From Alphaproteobacteria bacterium (lineage in GTDB: Bacteria > Pseudomonadota > Alphaproteobacteria > UBA6615), in the NCBI GenBank assembly GCA_965248805.1, contig CBDFKJ010000006.1, positions 330,978 through 394,977 of the forward strand: 64,000 nt of DNA, read 5' to 3'. Within the stretch, counting starts at the first letter, position 1; each line of letters begins with the position of its first letter. Shown here in pieces: positions 24,754 through 33,865 of this stretch. Position numbers and translations under genes: made by a program. The notes beneath the pieces are model-generated. The model worked only from the letters and a program-made list of their open reading frames with translations. It was not told the origin of the DNA and did not search any database.

Positions 24754-25904
24754 CAGGCTGCTCCCATGTACACGACTTCACCGAAGGGCGGCTCACTCAC
24801 ATATCCCGGCGCGGTCGTCGTCACCCAAAGGGTAGGATACGCCGGCTCGTCGGGATAGCTGGAGCAGCGCAAGTCGGTCAGATAGACCACACATGCCGGA
24901 TTGACGTCGGCCTCGTCGAGCCACTCGAACGGAGGCCGAAAATTCGTCCCGCCGCCGCCGCGCGGGTGCAGCTCAATCGGCAGGTCATGCGGCGAAAACG
25001 TCTCCGCGTTGCGCAGCCGCGAATCGCAATAGAGCACGTGGATTTCTTCCGGCATGCAGTCTTCGAGGATGCTCGTGAGCTCGGCCGCGAACTGGTTCAT
25101 CTCGGACTGCGAGACGCTGCCGCTGGTGTCGATGGCAACCGCTATCGGCGGCATCTGCTCCGACCGGCACGAGGGCAGGTAGACGCCTTGATGCACAAAG
25201 CGCCGGTTGGGCGGGGTCCAGCGGTATTCCTGCTTCGCGGACATTTCGACGAAGCGGCGGAGTATCTCGCGCCAGTCGGCCTTCGGGCGCAGCACTTCGT
25301 CGACCAGGCGCGCAAGGTCGCCGGGTAGCTTGCCTGCGTTCTTGGCGATGGTTGCGGACTGGGCCACCGCCTGACGCCACTCGGCTTCGGCGGACGCCAG
25401 TTCGGCCGGCGACGGGTTGCCGTTGTCGCCGGGGGCATCCATGACGCCGCCGCAGCGGCCGGGATCGGGGCAGTTGCCGTCCTGTCCGCCACCGCCGCCG
25501 CCGGACTGAGCCGGCGGCAGGCGGTTGTAGATGGCTTCGGCGCTCAAACCCGAATAGTTCGGGTCGAGTAACGCCCCTTCGGGCAACGTAAAGCCGTTGT
25601 CGATCAAGACGGGGTTGATCGCGTAGTCCGCGGCCGTGTTCCACCGTTCGGCATCGCGTTGACCGCGGCGGGTATGGTGATTGCAGGCCGGGTGCATGAC
25701 CTCGTGAGCGAGCACGCCCACGAGTTCGTCCATGCTGAGTCCGTCAACGAACGAAGGGTTGAAGTAAACGTCGCGGCCGTTCGTCGCCATCGTCTCGATG
25801 TTGGGGTTTTCGATCAGGCCCATGCGCAGGGCCAGCGAGCCGAAGAACGGCTGCGATAGGACCAGACGGGTCCGCGCCTTGGTGAGTTTCGTTCTGGTTT
25901 CCAT
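24753..25904 (-). CDS. Putative zinc metallopeptidase (HExxH) fused to a VWA-like domain
   Basis: The N-terminal part has VLAHEVMHPACNHH. The C-terminal part has IAVAIDTSGSVS (DxSxS MIDAS-like) and GGGGTNF. GGAG RBS. Confidence 0.75.
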   Translation of the reverse strand: METRTKLTKARTRLVLSQPFFGSLALRMGLIENPNIETMATNGRDVYFNPSFVDGLSMDELVGVLAHEVMHPACNHHTRRGQRDAERWNTAADYAINPVLIDNGFTLPEGALLDPNYSGLSAEAIYNRLPPAQSGGGGGGQDGNCPDPGRCGGVMDAPGDNGNPSPAELASAEAEWRQAVAQSATIAKNAGKLPGDLARLVDEVLRPKADWREILRRFVEMSAKQEYRWTPPNRRFVHQGVYLPSCRSEQMPPIAVAIDTSGSVSQSEMNQFAAELTSILEDCMPEEIHVLYCDSRLRNAETFSPHDLPIELHPRGGGGTNFRPPFEWLDEADVNPACVVYLTDLRCSSYPDEPAYPTLWVTTTAPGYVSEPPFGEVVYMGAA

Positions 25905-25915
25905 GTCTCGTCTCC

Positions 25916-26779
25916 TTAAGCGACGTAGCCGGACATCGCGCCGAGGATCTGCTCAGCGTCGTTCGCCTGCTGCTCGCGGGCGGCCTCGTCGAAGTCCTTC
26001 GAGTTCGGCCGCAGCACGGACGGATCGTTGCGGCAGAGCTTTGCCGCTACGTCCTGGCGCATCCGCTCAAGCTCCGGGTCGTCCGCGATATTGAGTTTCG
26101 GCAGCAGGTCGACCAGTTCGCGCAAATTGCCGACCAGCGTGTCGTGGAAACGGTTGTCCGTGTCGGACAGCCGCTCGGTCATGTGCTCTACCGACTTGTG
26201 GAGGCGCTTCCAGCACTCGTCGGTCGCATCATGGAGGATGTTGCGGGTCCGGCTCTCGATGTCTGCCTGGATGCGCTGGACCTCGGAGGCGTTGAGACTG
26301 ACCCGGAAATCGGCCTGATCGGGCAGCGGGCTCACTATGGTCTCGAAGGCGAACCGCGAGCGGATCTGGTGGACTTCGGGGTAATCGTTCGGGTCGAACA
26401 TGCCGTTGAGCGCCGCCTTCGCATCGTTCACATACTGGACGTAGTTGCGCTCGAACGCGTCGGCCGCTGCGTCGAACGCGGTCTTGAAGTCGCGCTGCTG
26501 GTCCATGTACTCGAAATACGCCGCCGCCGGCAGGATACGGGCGCCCCAATCTTCCCACGACAGCGTGTGCTCGTAGTGGTGGGTCCGGGCCTGGTTCGCG
26601 ACCTTCGTCACGTCGGCCAGCGCGGCCTTTGCGATCAGGCTCTTGTTCCAGCGGCCGGCGTCGGTGCTCGCGTTGTGGTGATCGAGGACTTCCCGTGTCA
26701 CCTTCTTGTCGAACTTGCGGCCCGACCAGACGTTGATCGCCTGGCGCACCAGCATGGCTTTCTCGGTCAGATTGCTCAT
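25916..26779 (-). CDS. Hypothetical helical protein (287 aa) between the ATPase and the VWA protein
   Basis: No motif recognised with certainty; I vaguely recall a DUF family that accompanies CobS/CobT-like or MoxR/VWA pairs. ATGA overlap with the upstream ATPase gene. Confidence 0.55.
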   Translation of the reverse strand: MSNLTEKAMLVRQAINVWSGRKFDKKVTREVLDHHNASTDAGRWNKSLIAKAALADVTKVANQARTHHYEHTLSWEDWGARILPAAAYFEYMDQQRDFKTAFDAAADAFERNYVQYVNDAKAALNGMFDPNDYPEVHQIRSRFAFETIVSPLPDQADFRVSLNASEVQRIQADIESRTRNILHDATDECWKRLHKSVEHMTERLSDTDNRFHDTLVGNLRELVDLLPKLNIADDPELERMRQDVAAKLCRNDPSVLRPNSKDFDEAAREQQANDAEQILGAMSGYVA

Positions 26780-27786
26780 GACATCACCTCATGATGCTCG
26801 GACACCCACTCGATGTAGGCGCGGGTGTTGGCCACCGCCGGGTCGCGGTCGAGCGCGTCCTTGACCAGCAGCACGCTGAACTCGTCGGGCAACCGGTTCG
26901 CGTAGGTCACCACCCGGTCCATGTTGCCTTCGGTCGCCTTGCGGGCCAGCGCGGTCGAGATCGCATAGAGCGTCGCCGCTTCCTCGGGGATCGCCGCGCT
27001 GTCCGGGCTCATCAGGATCATGTCCGGGCTCTGGATCGAGCGGGCGATCTTGAGGAAGCCCATGAACTCGGCCGCCGCGCCCTCGCCGACAGCGCCGGCG
27101 ATCAGCGGATACTCGATACCGTTGGTGACGGTGCCGGAGCCGACGATGTTGCTCACGAACTCCCACGACCGGGGCGTCGGGAAAGCTTTCTCCGAACGCT
27201 TCGGGTCGAAGTCGTGCAGCAACTCGTCACGGAAGCGCAGGAAGGCGACAACCTCGGTGGCGATGCCGTGCTTGGTCGCCCACTTGGTCCAGTCGTCGAG
27301 GTCGACGCCGAAGTCGAGATGCACGAACCGGTTGGTGAGCGGAGAGGGCATGCGGTGGACGACACCGCGGTCGCTCTCGCGGTTGCCGGCCGCGATGATG
27401 GTCCAGCCGGCGGGCAGCTCGTATTCGCCCAGCTTGCGATCAAGGATCAGTTGATAGCAGGCCGCCTGGGTCAGCTGCGGCGCCGCCGTCAGCTCGTCCA
27501 GGAACAGGATGCCCTTGCCCTCGCGGGGCAGGAACTCGGGCACCGCCCAATGGGCGCGGCCGTCGCCGTTGATGTGCGGCAGGCCGCGCAGATCGACCGG
27601 GTCCAACAGAATCGCCCGGACGTCGCGCAGCTCCAGGCCGTTCTCGTCTGCGATCTGCTTGACGACCGCCGACTTGCCGACGCCGGGAGGCCCCCAGATC
27701 ATGATCGGCTGCTTGATGCCGACCAGGATGCTCAGGGCTTCGGACACCTGCGATGGTTTGAGGGTGTAGTTTGAGGTTATAGTCAT
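26776..27786 (-). CDS. MoxR-like AAA+ ATPase
   Basis: Walker A is IMIWGPPGVGKS and Walker B is ILFLDELT; also IIAAGNRESDRG and PSPLTNRF. AAGGAG lies 7 nt upstream of the ATG at 27786, so the ORF-track start at 27846 is too long. Confidence 0.8.
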   Translation of the reverse strand: MTITSNYTLKPSQVSEALSILVGIKQPIMIWGPPGVGKSAVVKQIADENGLELRDVRAILLDPVDLRGLPHINGDGRAHWAVPEFLPREGKGILFLDELTAAPQLTQAACYQLILDRKLGEYELPAGWTIIAAGNRESDRGVVHRMPSPLTNRFVHLDFGVDLDDWTKWATKHGIATEVVAFLRFRDELLHDFDPKRSEKAFPTPRSWEFVSNIVGSGTVTNGIEYPLIAGAVGEGAAAEFMGFLKIARSIQSPDMILMSPDSAAIPEEAATLYAISTALARKATEGNMDRVVTYANRLPDEFSVLLVKDALDRDPAVANTRAYIEWVSEHHEVMS

Positions 27787-27952
27787 TTTGCTTGCTCCTT
27801 TTCGCAGAGGGGTTGGCAATGAGCCCTGGGCGCCGTCGTCTCCCAAACTTAGGGCGCCCGGGGCTCTACTGTTTTGACAAGTACTATTCTATATAATTAC
27901 TTACAGACGTCAAGTAAAAAGCAATACAAACAACGACTTAAGCTGTTATTAC
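27787..27952. promoter_or_regulatory. AT-rich divergent intergenic region between the antisense operon and the late genes
   Basis: Inverted repeat GAGCCCTGGGCGCC / GGGCGCCCGGGGCTC at 27821..27866. Consensus hexamers TTGACA (27874..27879) and TATAAT (27892..27897) lie on the + strand but are only 12 bp apart. Confidence 0.4.
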
Positions 27953-28276
27953 ATGAACCAGGACACGAGGGAGTCGGCGGCGGCCCGCGGCTACGGCAGG
28001 CGTTGGCGCAAGGCGCGCAAGACGTTCCTCGCCCGCCATTCGCTGTGTGCCATGTGCCAGGCCGAAGGCCGCGTCATCGCAGCGACGCTGGTCGACCACA
28101 TCGTGCCGCATCGAGGCGACCAGGCGCTGTTCTGGGACCGCCGCAACTGGCAGCCGCTGTGCGACAGCCATCACGGATCGGCCAAGCAGCGGCACGAGGC
28201 GCGCGGCTACAGCAATGCCGTAGGGCCGAACGGCTGGCCCCTGGACCCGCTCCACCCCGCCAACAGAAGGGGATAG
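27953..28276 (+). CDS. HNH endonuclease (terminase-associated type)
   Basis: CAMCQAEGR...VDHIVPHRGD...NWQPLCDSHHGSAKQ. Confidence 0.8.
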   Translation: MNQDTRESAAARGYGRRWRKARKTFLARHSLCAMCQAEGRVIAATLVDHIVPHRGDQALFWDRRNWQPLCDSHHGSAKQRHEARGYSNAVGPNGWPLDPLHPANRRG

Positions 28277-28370
28277 GGGGAGTCCAAACTAGAGCCGGTC
28301 GGCGCGTAGACCGGCGTTGGAGGTTTCTCGTCTCGCGAACGAAATTAACTAGGGGGGGGTGCGTTCACTC

Positions 28371-29705
28371 ATGTTCGTCGGTTCGGTGCCGCGCCCGGTG
28401 GTCGATCAGATCCTGCGGACGGTCGATTTTGGGGCCTGGGGCAGCGTCCATGTGTGCTGCTCGGGCTCGTTCCGCGTGGACCGCGCGATCAAGGCCGGTT
28501 ATCCGGCGTGCCGGGTGATCTCGAACGACGTGTCGCTGTTCTCGGTGGCGCTGGGGCACCTGCTGACAGGCCGGCCCGTCGATGTCCGCTTCACCGGCAG
28601 GCTCGCGTTCATCGAGGGACGCATCGGCGGCGCGCCGGCCGAGCGCGTGGCGGCGGTGATGGTCGCCGTGGACATGGCGCGGTACCGCGGCAAGAACGAG
28701 TGGGCGCAAACCCACTTCGCACACTACGAGACGGCGTTTGCGGACTTCCTCGGGCGCGCACTAGAGCGCCTGGACGCGATGCTCGCCGGTCCACGGCCTG
28801 ACGGGTTCGTCGCCGGCGACTTCCGGCAAATGCCGGCGCTGGCGCGCAAGGCCGGCGGCGGTATCGTGGCCTTTCCGCCAACGTACAAGGGCGGCTACGA
28901 GCGGCTGTTTCGCTTCGTCGACGACAACACCGAGTGGCGGCGGCCGGCTTACGAGGTTTGGGACCCGGCGGACCTGGCAACCTGGGTGCGCGGCATTCAC
29001 GACCAGGGTCTGCCGTACTGCGTCTTCTCCGATCACCTGCTCGAAGATGGCGCGTTGTGTCCGGTGACCGGCTACTGCAACGACGGTCGGCGCACGGTCT
29101 ACACATACGCAAGCGCCGGCGGCTCATCGCTGCGGGCAACGCACCACCGCTCGACGCCGTTCCTGTACGAAGCGGTCGACCCTGCGGCACTGACGTCGCA
29201 CACGAAGGTCGACCTTGTTCAGACGGACTCGGCGAAGCTGAACTTTCTGAAAGACCGCTATCTGTCCAAGGGCATCGCCCATGTATCGGGCGGCTTGAAC
29301 TTCCTCGTCTACCTCGACGAGAAGCTGGCGGGAGCTTTCATCTACCAGCGCTCGAAGTTCGGGGACACGAGCGCGATCTATCTGTTGAGCGACTTCGCCA
29401 TCTGCCGACACCGCAGGATGTCGAAACTGATCGCGCTGCTCGCTACCAGTCACGTGCCGGTGTCGATCTTCGAGCGGCGCGAGCTGGTCCGGGTCGCCCG
29501 GCTCTACACCACGGCGTTCACCGACAAGCCGGTGTCGATGAAGTACCGCGGCGTCTTCACGCTCGCGGCCCGCGGAGAGGGGATGCTGAACTATGAAAGC
29601 GAAGTCAGACGCCGGTCTCCACAAGCGCTCTACGAAGGCTGGTATCGGCGCTGGGCTCAAGACGCGGGCCGTCACCAAGGAACTGCGCGGGCTGAAGCTG
29701 CTTGA
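28371..29705 (+). CDS. Dam-like N6-adenine methyltransferase-like protein with an unknown C-terminal domain of roughly 160-170 aa
   Basis: VHVCCSGSFRVDRAI (FxGxG-like) precedes IVAFPPTYKGGYERLF (DPPY-like motif IV). The C-terminal part (LNFLVYLDEKLAGAFIYQRS...) is unrecognised. Confidence 0.55.
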   Translation: MFVGSVPRPVVDQILRTVDFGAWGSVHVCCSGSFRVDRAIKAGYPACRVISNDVSLFSVALGHLLTGRPVDVRFTGRLAFIEGRIGGAPAERVAAVMVAVDMARYRGKNEWAQTHFAHYETAFADFLGRALERLDAMLAGPRPDGFVAGDFRQMPALARKAGGGIVAFPPTYKGGYERLFRFVDDNTEWRRPAYEVWDPADLATWVRGIHDQGLPYCVFSDHLLEDGALCPVTGYCNDGRRTVYTYASAGGSSLRATHHRSTPFLYEAVDPAALTSHTKVDLVQTDSAKLNFLKDRYLSKGIAHVSGGLNFLVYLDEKLAGAFIYQRSKFGDTSAIYLLSDFAICRHRRMSKLIALLATSHVPVSIFERRELVRVARLYTTAFTDKPVSMKYRGVFTLAARGEGMLNYESEVRRRSPQALYEGWYRRWAQDAGRHQGTARAEAA

Positions 29706-30342
29706 GAAGAACGCCCGCTACATGCAGCCGGCGCAGTTCGAGCGTCTGGTGGACAATCTTCGTAAGGACGGCTGCCTGACCACGGCGCCGCTGATCCACG
29801 AAGACACGGTGCTGAGCGGCAACCACCGGGTTCAGGCGGCGATCGCGGCCGGCATCGAGGTTGCGGACTGCATCGAGATCATCTCGCCGCTCACGGCCGA
29901 GCAGCGGGTTGCGATCCAGCTCTCGCACAACGCCATCGAAGGTGAGGACGATCCCAACACGCTGCGCGAGCTGTATGACGCGCTTGGCTTCGATGCCAAG
30001 ACCTACTCCGGGTTGACCGACGACATGTTCGACAAGGCGTCGCCGGTGGATATCGCGAGCCTCGCGGTCGGAGCGCCGGAGTATCACGAGATGTCCGTGC
30101 AGTTCCTGCCGGCCGAGGCGGAACAGTTCGAAGCGGCGCTGGCCCGCATCGAGCGGAAGTCCAACCGCGCCGGCACCGTGCACGTCGCGCGTTTCGAGGA
30201 CTTCGATGTGATCTTCGATGCCGTGATCGCGGTCAAGGAACGGGAGGACGTGCACAACTCGGCGATCGCGCTGCGGCGCATGGCGGAGCTGGCGCTGGAG
30301 CGTCTTGAGACGCTCGCGGAGACCGACGGTGCGCGGACGTAA
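29593..30342 (+). CDS. ParB/Srx N-terminal-domain protein
   Basis: LKLLEKNARYMQPAQFERLVDNLRKDG...VLSGNHRVQAAIAAG (GxxR motif). The only upstream in-frame start gives a 113-nt overlap with the preceding gene. Confidence 0.65.
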   Translation: MKAKSDAGLHKRSTKAGIGAGLKTRAVTKELRGLKLLEKNARYMQPAQFERLVDNLRKDGCLTTAPLIHEDTVLSGNHRVQAAIAAGIEVADCIEIISPLTAEQRVAIQLSHNAIEGEDDPNTLRELYDALGFDAKTYSGLTDDMFDKASPVDIASLAVGAPEYHEMSVQFLPAEAEQFEAALARIERKSNRAGTVHVARFEDFDVIFDAVIAVKEREDVHNSAIALRRMAELALERLETLAETDGART

Positions 30343-30757
30343 GCCGAAGACCGGCCACATCACGCTGGTCCACAACCAGGACGTCATCGTCCCGGATTAT
30401 CTAAGCGGAGCGGCGCGCAAGGAGTATGTCCGCGTGGCCCGCCTGCTCACGCGCCTGGACCAGTGGTCCGACCTGTTCGTGTCCGAGCTCGCGATCTACG
30501 CCGAGGCGTTCGCGGACTGGCGTGAAGCCAGCGAGCATCTGGAGAGAACCGGCAAGATCATCAAGTCACCGTCCGACTTTCCGATCCAGAACCCGTGGCT
30601 GGCGATCCGCAACAAGGCCCGCGAGACGATGATGAAGGCGGCGGCCGACATGGGGCTCAACCTGGTCAGCCTGGCGCGGTCGCAGGCGCCTTCGGCGAGA
30701 AAGGGCTACGGTGCCGCGCAGGAACAGTCCGAGGCCACGGAGTTCTTCGAGCACTGA
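30329..30757 (+). CDS. Terminase small subunit (P27 family-like)
   Basis: VRGRKPKTGHITLV... has the typical P27-family N-terminus, and the gene sits directly before the large subunit. GTG start at 30329. Confidence 0.7.
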   Translation: MRGRKPKTGHITLVHNQDVIVPDYLSGAARKEYVRVARLLTRLDQWSDLFVSELAIYAEAFADWREASEHLERTGKIIKSPSDFPIQNPWLAIRNKARETMMKAAADMGLNLVSLARSQAPSARKGYGAAQEQSEATEFFEH

Positions 30758-32483
30758 TCCGGTCACGGCCTACGCGCGCGCGGTCACGCGCAAGCGCAAG
30801 CCGATCGCCGCCGGCCCTCATGTCCGGGCGGCCTGCGCGCGCCACCTGCGGGACCGGAAGGAGGGACAGGCGCGCGGGCTGGTCTGGGACGTCGGTGCGG
30901 CCGACCGGGCGATCCGGTTCTTCCGGGTGGTGCTGCGGCTCAACAGCGGGGAGTACGAGGGCCGGCCGTTCGAGCTCCTGCCCTGGCAGTGCTTCGTCGT
31001 CGGCTCGGTGTTCGGCTGGAAGCGCGGCGACGGCACCAGGCGCTTTCGCCGGGTCTACATCGAGGCCGGCAAGGGCTGCGGCAAGTCGCCGCTCGCCGGC
31101 GGCGTCGGGCTCTTGATGCTGTGCGCCGATGGCGAGATACGGGCCGAGGTGTACTCGGCGGCCTACAACCAGGCCCAGGCCGAGATCCTGTTCCGCGATG
31201 CGGTGGCGATGGTCGAGCAGTCGCCTGAGCTGTCCGCCCGGCTGCAGGTCCACGGCGAAAAGCGCAAGACCCGGATCGACTACCTGGCCACGCGCTCGTG
31301 GTTCCAGCCGATCTCGTCGGAGCGCCAGGGGCGGGGCAAGTCGGGGCCGAAGCCGCATTGTGCGCTGCTCGACGAGATCCACGAGCACCCGACCAACGCG
31401 ACGGTCGAGTTCCTCGACGCCGGAGTGAAACACCGCAGGCAGCCGTTGACGTTCATGATCACCAACAGCGGCTCCGACCGCGAAACAGTCTGTTGGGAGT
31501 ACCACGACTACGCCTGCAAGATCGCCGCCGGTGCGCTCAAAGACGACAGTTTCTTCGGTTACGTCTGCGCGCTCGATGACGGCGACGATCCGTTTAAGGA
31601 CGAAGGCTGCTGGATCAAGGCCAACCCGAGCCTGCCGGGGGTGCCGGGCTACGGCTATTTGCGCGATCAGGTGCAGGCGGCGCGCGGCATCCCGTCGAAG
31701 CAGTACGTGGTCAGGCGCCTCAACTTCTGCGAATGGACGGAATCGGCCGAGGGCTGGCTGCCGCCTGAGATCTGGTTCCCGGCGCAGGCGGCGCTGGATA
31801 TCTCGGAGTATGAGGGCTTGCCCTGCTATGGCGGCCTCGACCTCGCGATATCGAGCGATCTGACGGCGCTGGTGCTGGCGTTCGAGACCGGGCACCGGAA
31901 GTGGGACGTATTCTCGTTCTTCTGGATGCCGGGCGACCGGCTGCTGGAGCTTCAGGACCGCGACAACATGACGCCGCGCTACCAGCAATGGCGCGACGAA
32001 GGCCATCTGTTCGCGCCGCCGGGCAAGGTGATCGACTACGAGCATGCGGCGCGTCTGATCGTCGATGTCTGCCTTCGCTTCGACGTGAGGGCCATCGCCT
32101 ATGACCGGGCCAAGCTGGAACTGCTGGCGGCCGAGCTCGACAAGTCGGGCGCGACGGTGCCGCTGGTCGAGCACGGCCAGGGGTTCTACAGGGCGCAGAA
32201 GACCGGGCTCTGGATGCCGGGATCGATCGAGGAAACGGAGGCGGCATTGATCGAGCAGCGGCTGCGCATCCACGAGAACCCGGTCATGAACTGGTGCGTT
32301 GCCAGCGCGAACTGCGTCCCGAGCTCGATCGAGCCTTCCGACAGGCGCTTTGACAAGCGCAAGTCGTCCGGGCGGATCGACGGCGCGGTGGCGTTGGTCG
32401 AGGCGATCGGCGCGGCCTGCCATGCGGATTCGCTGGTGCCGCCGCCGAGCGTCTATCAGACGCGCGGCCTGCGGGTGATCTGA
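30711..32483 (+). CDS. Terminase large subunit
   Basis: 590 aa with VYIEAGKGCGKSPLAGG (Walker A-like), ALLDEIHEH (Walker B-like) and YGGLDLAISSDLTAL (nuclease domain). Confidence 0.9.
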   Translation: MPRRNSPRPRSSSSTDPVTAYARAVTRKRKPIAAGPHVRAACARHLRDRKEGQARGLVWDVGAADRAIRFFRVVLRLNSGEYEGRPFELLPWQCFVVGSVFGWKRGDGTRRFRRVYIEAGKGCGKSPLAGGVGLLMLCADGEIRAEVYSAAYNQAQAEILFRDAVAMVEQSPELSARLQVHGEKRKTRIDYLATRSWFQPISSERQGRGKSGPKPHCALLDEIHEHPTNATVEFLDAGVKHRRQPLTFMITNSGSDRETVCWEYHDYACKIAAGALKDDSFFGYVCALDDGDDPFKDEGCWIKANPSLPGVPGYGYLRDQVQAARGIPSKQYVVRRLNFCEWTESAEGWLPPEIWFPAQAALDISEYEGLPCYGGLDLAISSDLTALVLAFETGHRKWDVFSFFWMPGDRLLELQDRDNMTPRYQQWRDEGHLFAPPGKVIDYEHAARLIVDVCLRFDVRAIAYDRAKLELLAAELDKSGATVPLVEHGQGFYRAQKTGLWMPGSIEETEAALIEQRLRIHENPVMNWCVASANCVPSSIEPSDRRFDKRKSSGRIDGAVALVEAIGAACHADSLVPPPSVYQTRGLRVI

Positions 32484-33865
32484 TGAGCCGGTTCGCGGAC
32501 GCGATGGTTGTTCTGTTCGGCGGCGAGGTCCGGGCGGAAGAAAGGCCGAGCGGCGAGGTCCGGACGGAAGAAAGGCCGAGCGGCGAGGTCCGCGCGCACA
32601 CGGGGCCGAGCGGCCACCCGCGCGATCCCGTCATCGCCTCATGGCTGGGCGCCGGCGCGGTAAGCGCTTCGAGACAGCCGGTCACCGTGCGGACGGCGCT
32701 GCAAGCCTCGGCCGTGTTCGCCTGCGTGCGCAACACGGCGGAGACGATCGCCTCGCTGCCGTGTCTGCTCAAGCGCGTGACACGCGACGACGCGGGACGC
32801 CGGCGCAGCGAGGAAGCGACGGAACACCCGCTGCATAGCGTGCTGCTGCACGCGCCGAACGGCTGGCAGACCGCCTTCGACTTCTGGGAGATGGTCGTCG
32901 AGCACCTGCAACTGCGCGGCAACCACTATTCGCGGATCGTCCGCAACGGCGCCGGCCGGACGGTAGCGCTGGAGCCGATGCACCCCGACCGGGTGCGGCC
33001 CTTCTGGACGCGGGACCGGCGGCCGGCCTACGAGCACCAGCCCGAGACCGGCGCGCGCGAGATCCTGCTCGCCGGCGAGGTGTTCCACGTCCGCGGGCCA
33101 TTGCAGGGCGACGGCCTGATGGGCATGACGCCGATCGCGATCCACCGCGAGACGATCGGCATGGCGCTAGCCAGCCGCGACTACGGCGCGCGCTTCTTCG
33201 CGAACGACGCTCGTCCGCGCGGCGTGCTGGAGGTGGACGGAGTTCTGGGCGAGGAAGCGTTCAATCGCCTCAGGGCGAGCTGGCGGGGAACCTACGCCGG
33301 GGAGAACCGGCACGGGGTCGCGATCCTGGAGCAGAATGCAAAGTTCCACAGCATCGGCATGACGAACGAGGACGCGCAGTACCTGGAAACACGCGGCTAC
33401 ACGGATCTTGAGATCGCGCGGCTGTACCGGGTGCCGCCGTACAAGATCGGCATTCTCGAAAAATCGACGCTCAACAATGTCGAGCAGCAGAACCGGGCCT
33501 GGGTCACCGATACCCTGGTGCCGCTCGCACGCCGCATCGAGGACGCGATCAAGCGCGATCTGATGACGCCGCAGGGGCGGCTCCAATTCGCCGCGATGCT
33601 GGACTTCGGCGAACTGCTGCGCGGCGACGTGAAGGTGCAATCCGAGGCCCACGCAAAGGGCATCCAGTGGGGCTGGTACTCGCCCAACGATGTGCGCGAG
33701 CGCATCGGCGAGAACCCGATCGGTCCGGAAGGTGACGTCTATGTCAGCCCGGTCAACATGCAGCCGATGGCGGCGTTGATGGATGCGATGAAGGCCGGCG
33801 GTACGCCGGACGAGCCCGAACCGGAGCCCGAGCCCGAACCGGAGGACGACGAAGATGAGGAATGA
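32483..33865 (+). CDS. Portal protein (HK97 family)
   Basis: 460 aa positioned after terL, with ...FACVRNTAETIASLP..., ...FHSIGMTNEDAQYLETRGYTDLEIARLYRVPPYKIG... and an acidic C-terminus. Confidence 0.85.
   Translation: MSRFADAMVVLFGGEVRAEERPSGEVRTEERPSGEVRAHTGPSGHPRDPVIASWLGAGAVSASRQPVTVRTALQASAVFACVRNTAETIASLPCLLKRVTRDDAGRRRSEEATEHPLHSVLLHAPNGWQTAFDFWEMVVEHLQLRGNHYSRIVRNGAGRTVALEPMHPDRVRPFWTRDRRPAYEHQPETGAREILLAGEVFHVRGPLQGDGLMGMTPIAIHRETIGMALASRDYGARFFANDARPRGVLEVDGVLGEEAFNRLRASWRGTYAGENRHGVAILEQNAKFHSIGMTNEDAQYLETRGYTDLEIARLYRVPPYKIGILEKSTLNNVEQQNRAWVTDTLVPLARRIEDAIKRDLMTPQGRLQFAAMLDFGELLRGDVKVQSEAHAKGIQWGWYSPNDVRERIGENPIGPEGDVYVSPVNMQPMAALMDAMKAGGTPDEPEPEPEPEPEDDEDEE
32521..32610 (+). 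repeat. Three tandem 30-bp repeats in the portal 5' region
   Basis: CGGCGAGGTCCGGGCGGAAGAAAGGCCGAG x2, then a diverged third unit. They encode GEVRAEERPS / GEVRTEERPS / GEVRAHTGPS. Confidence 0.85.
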
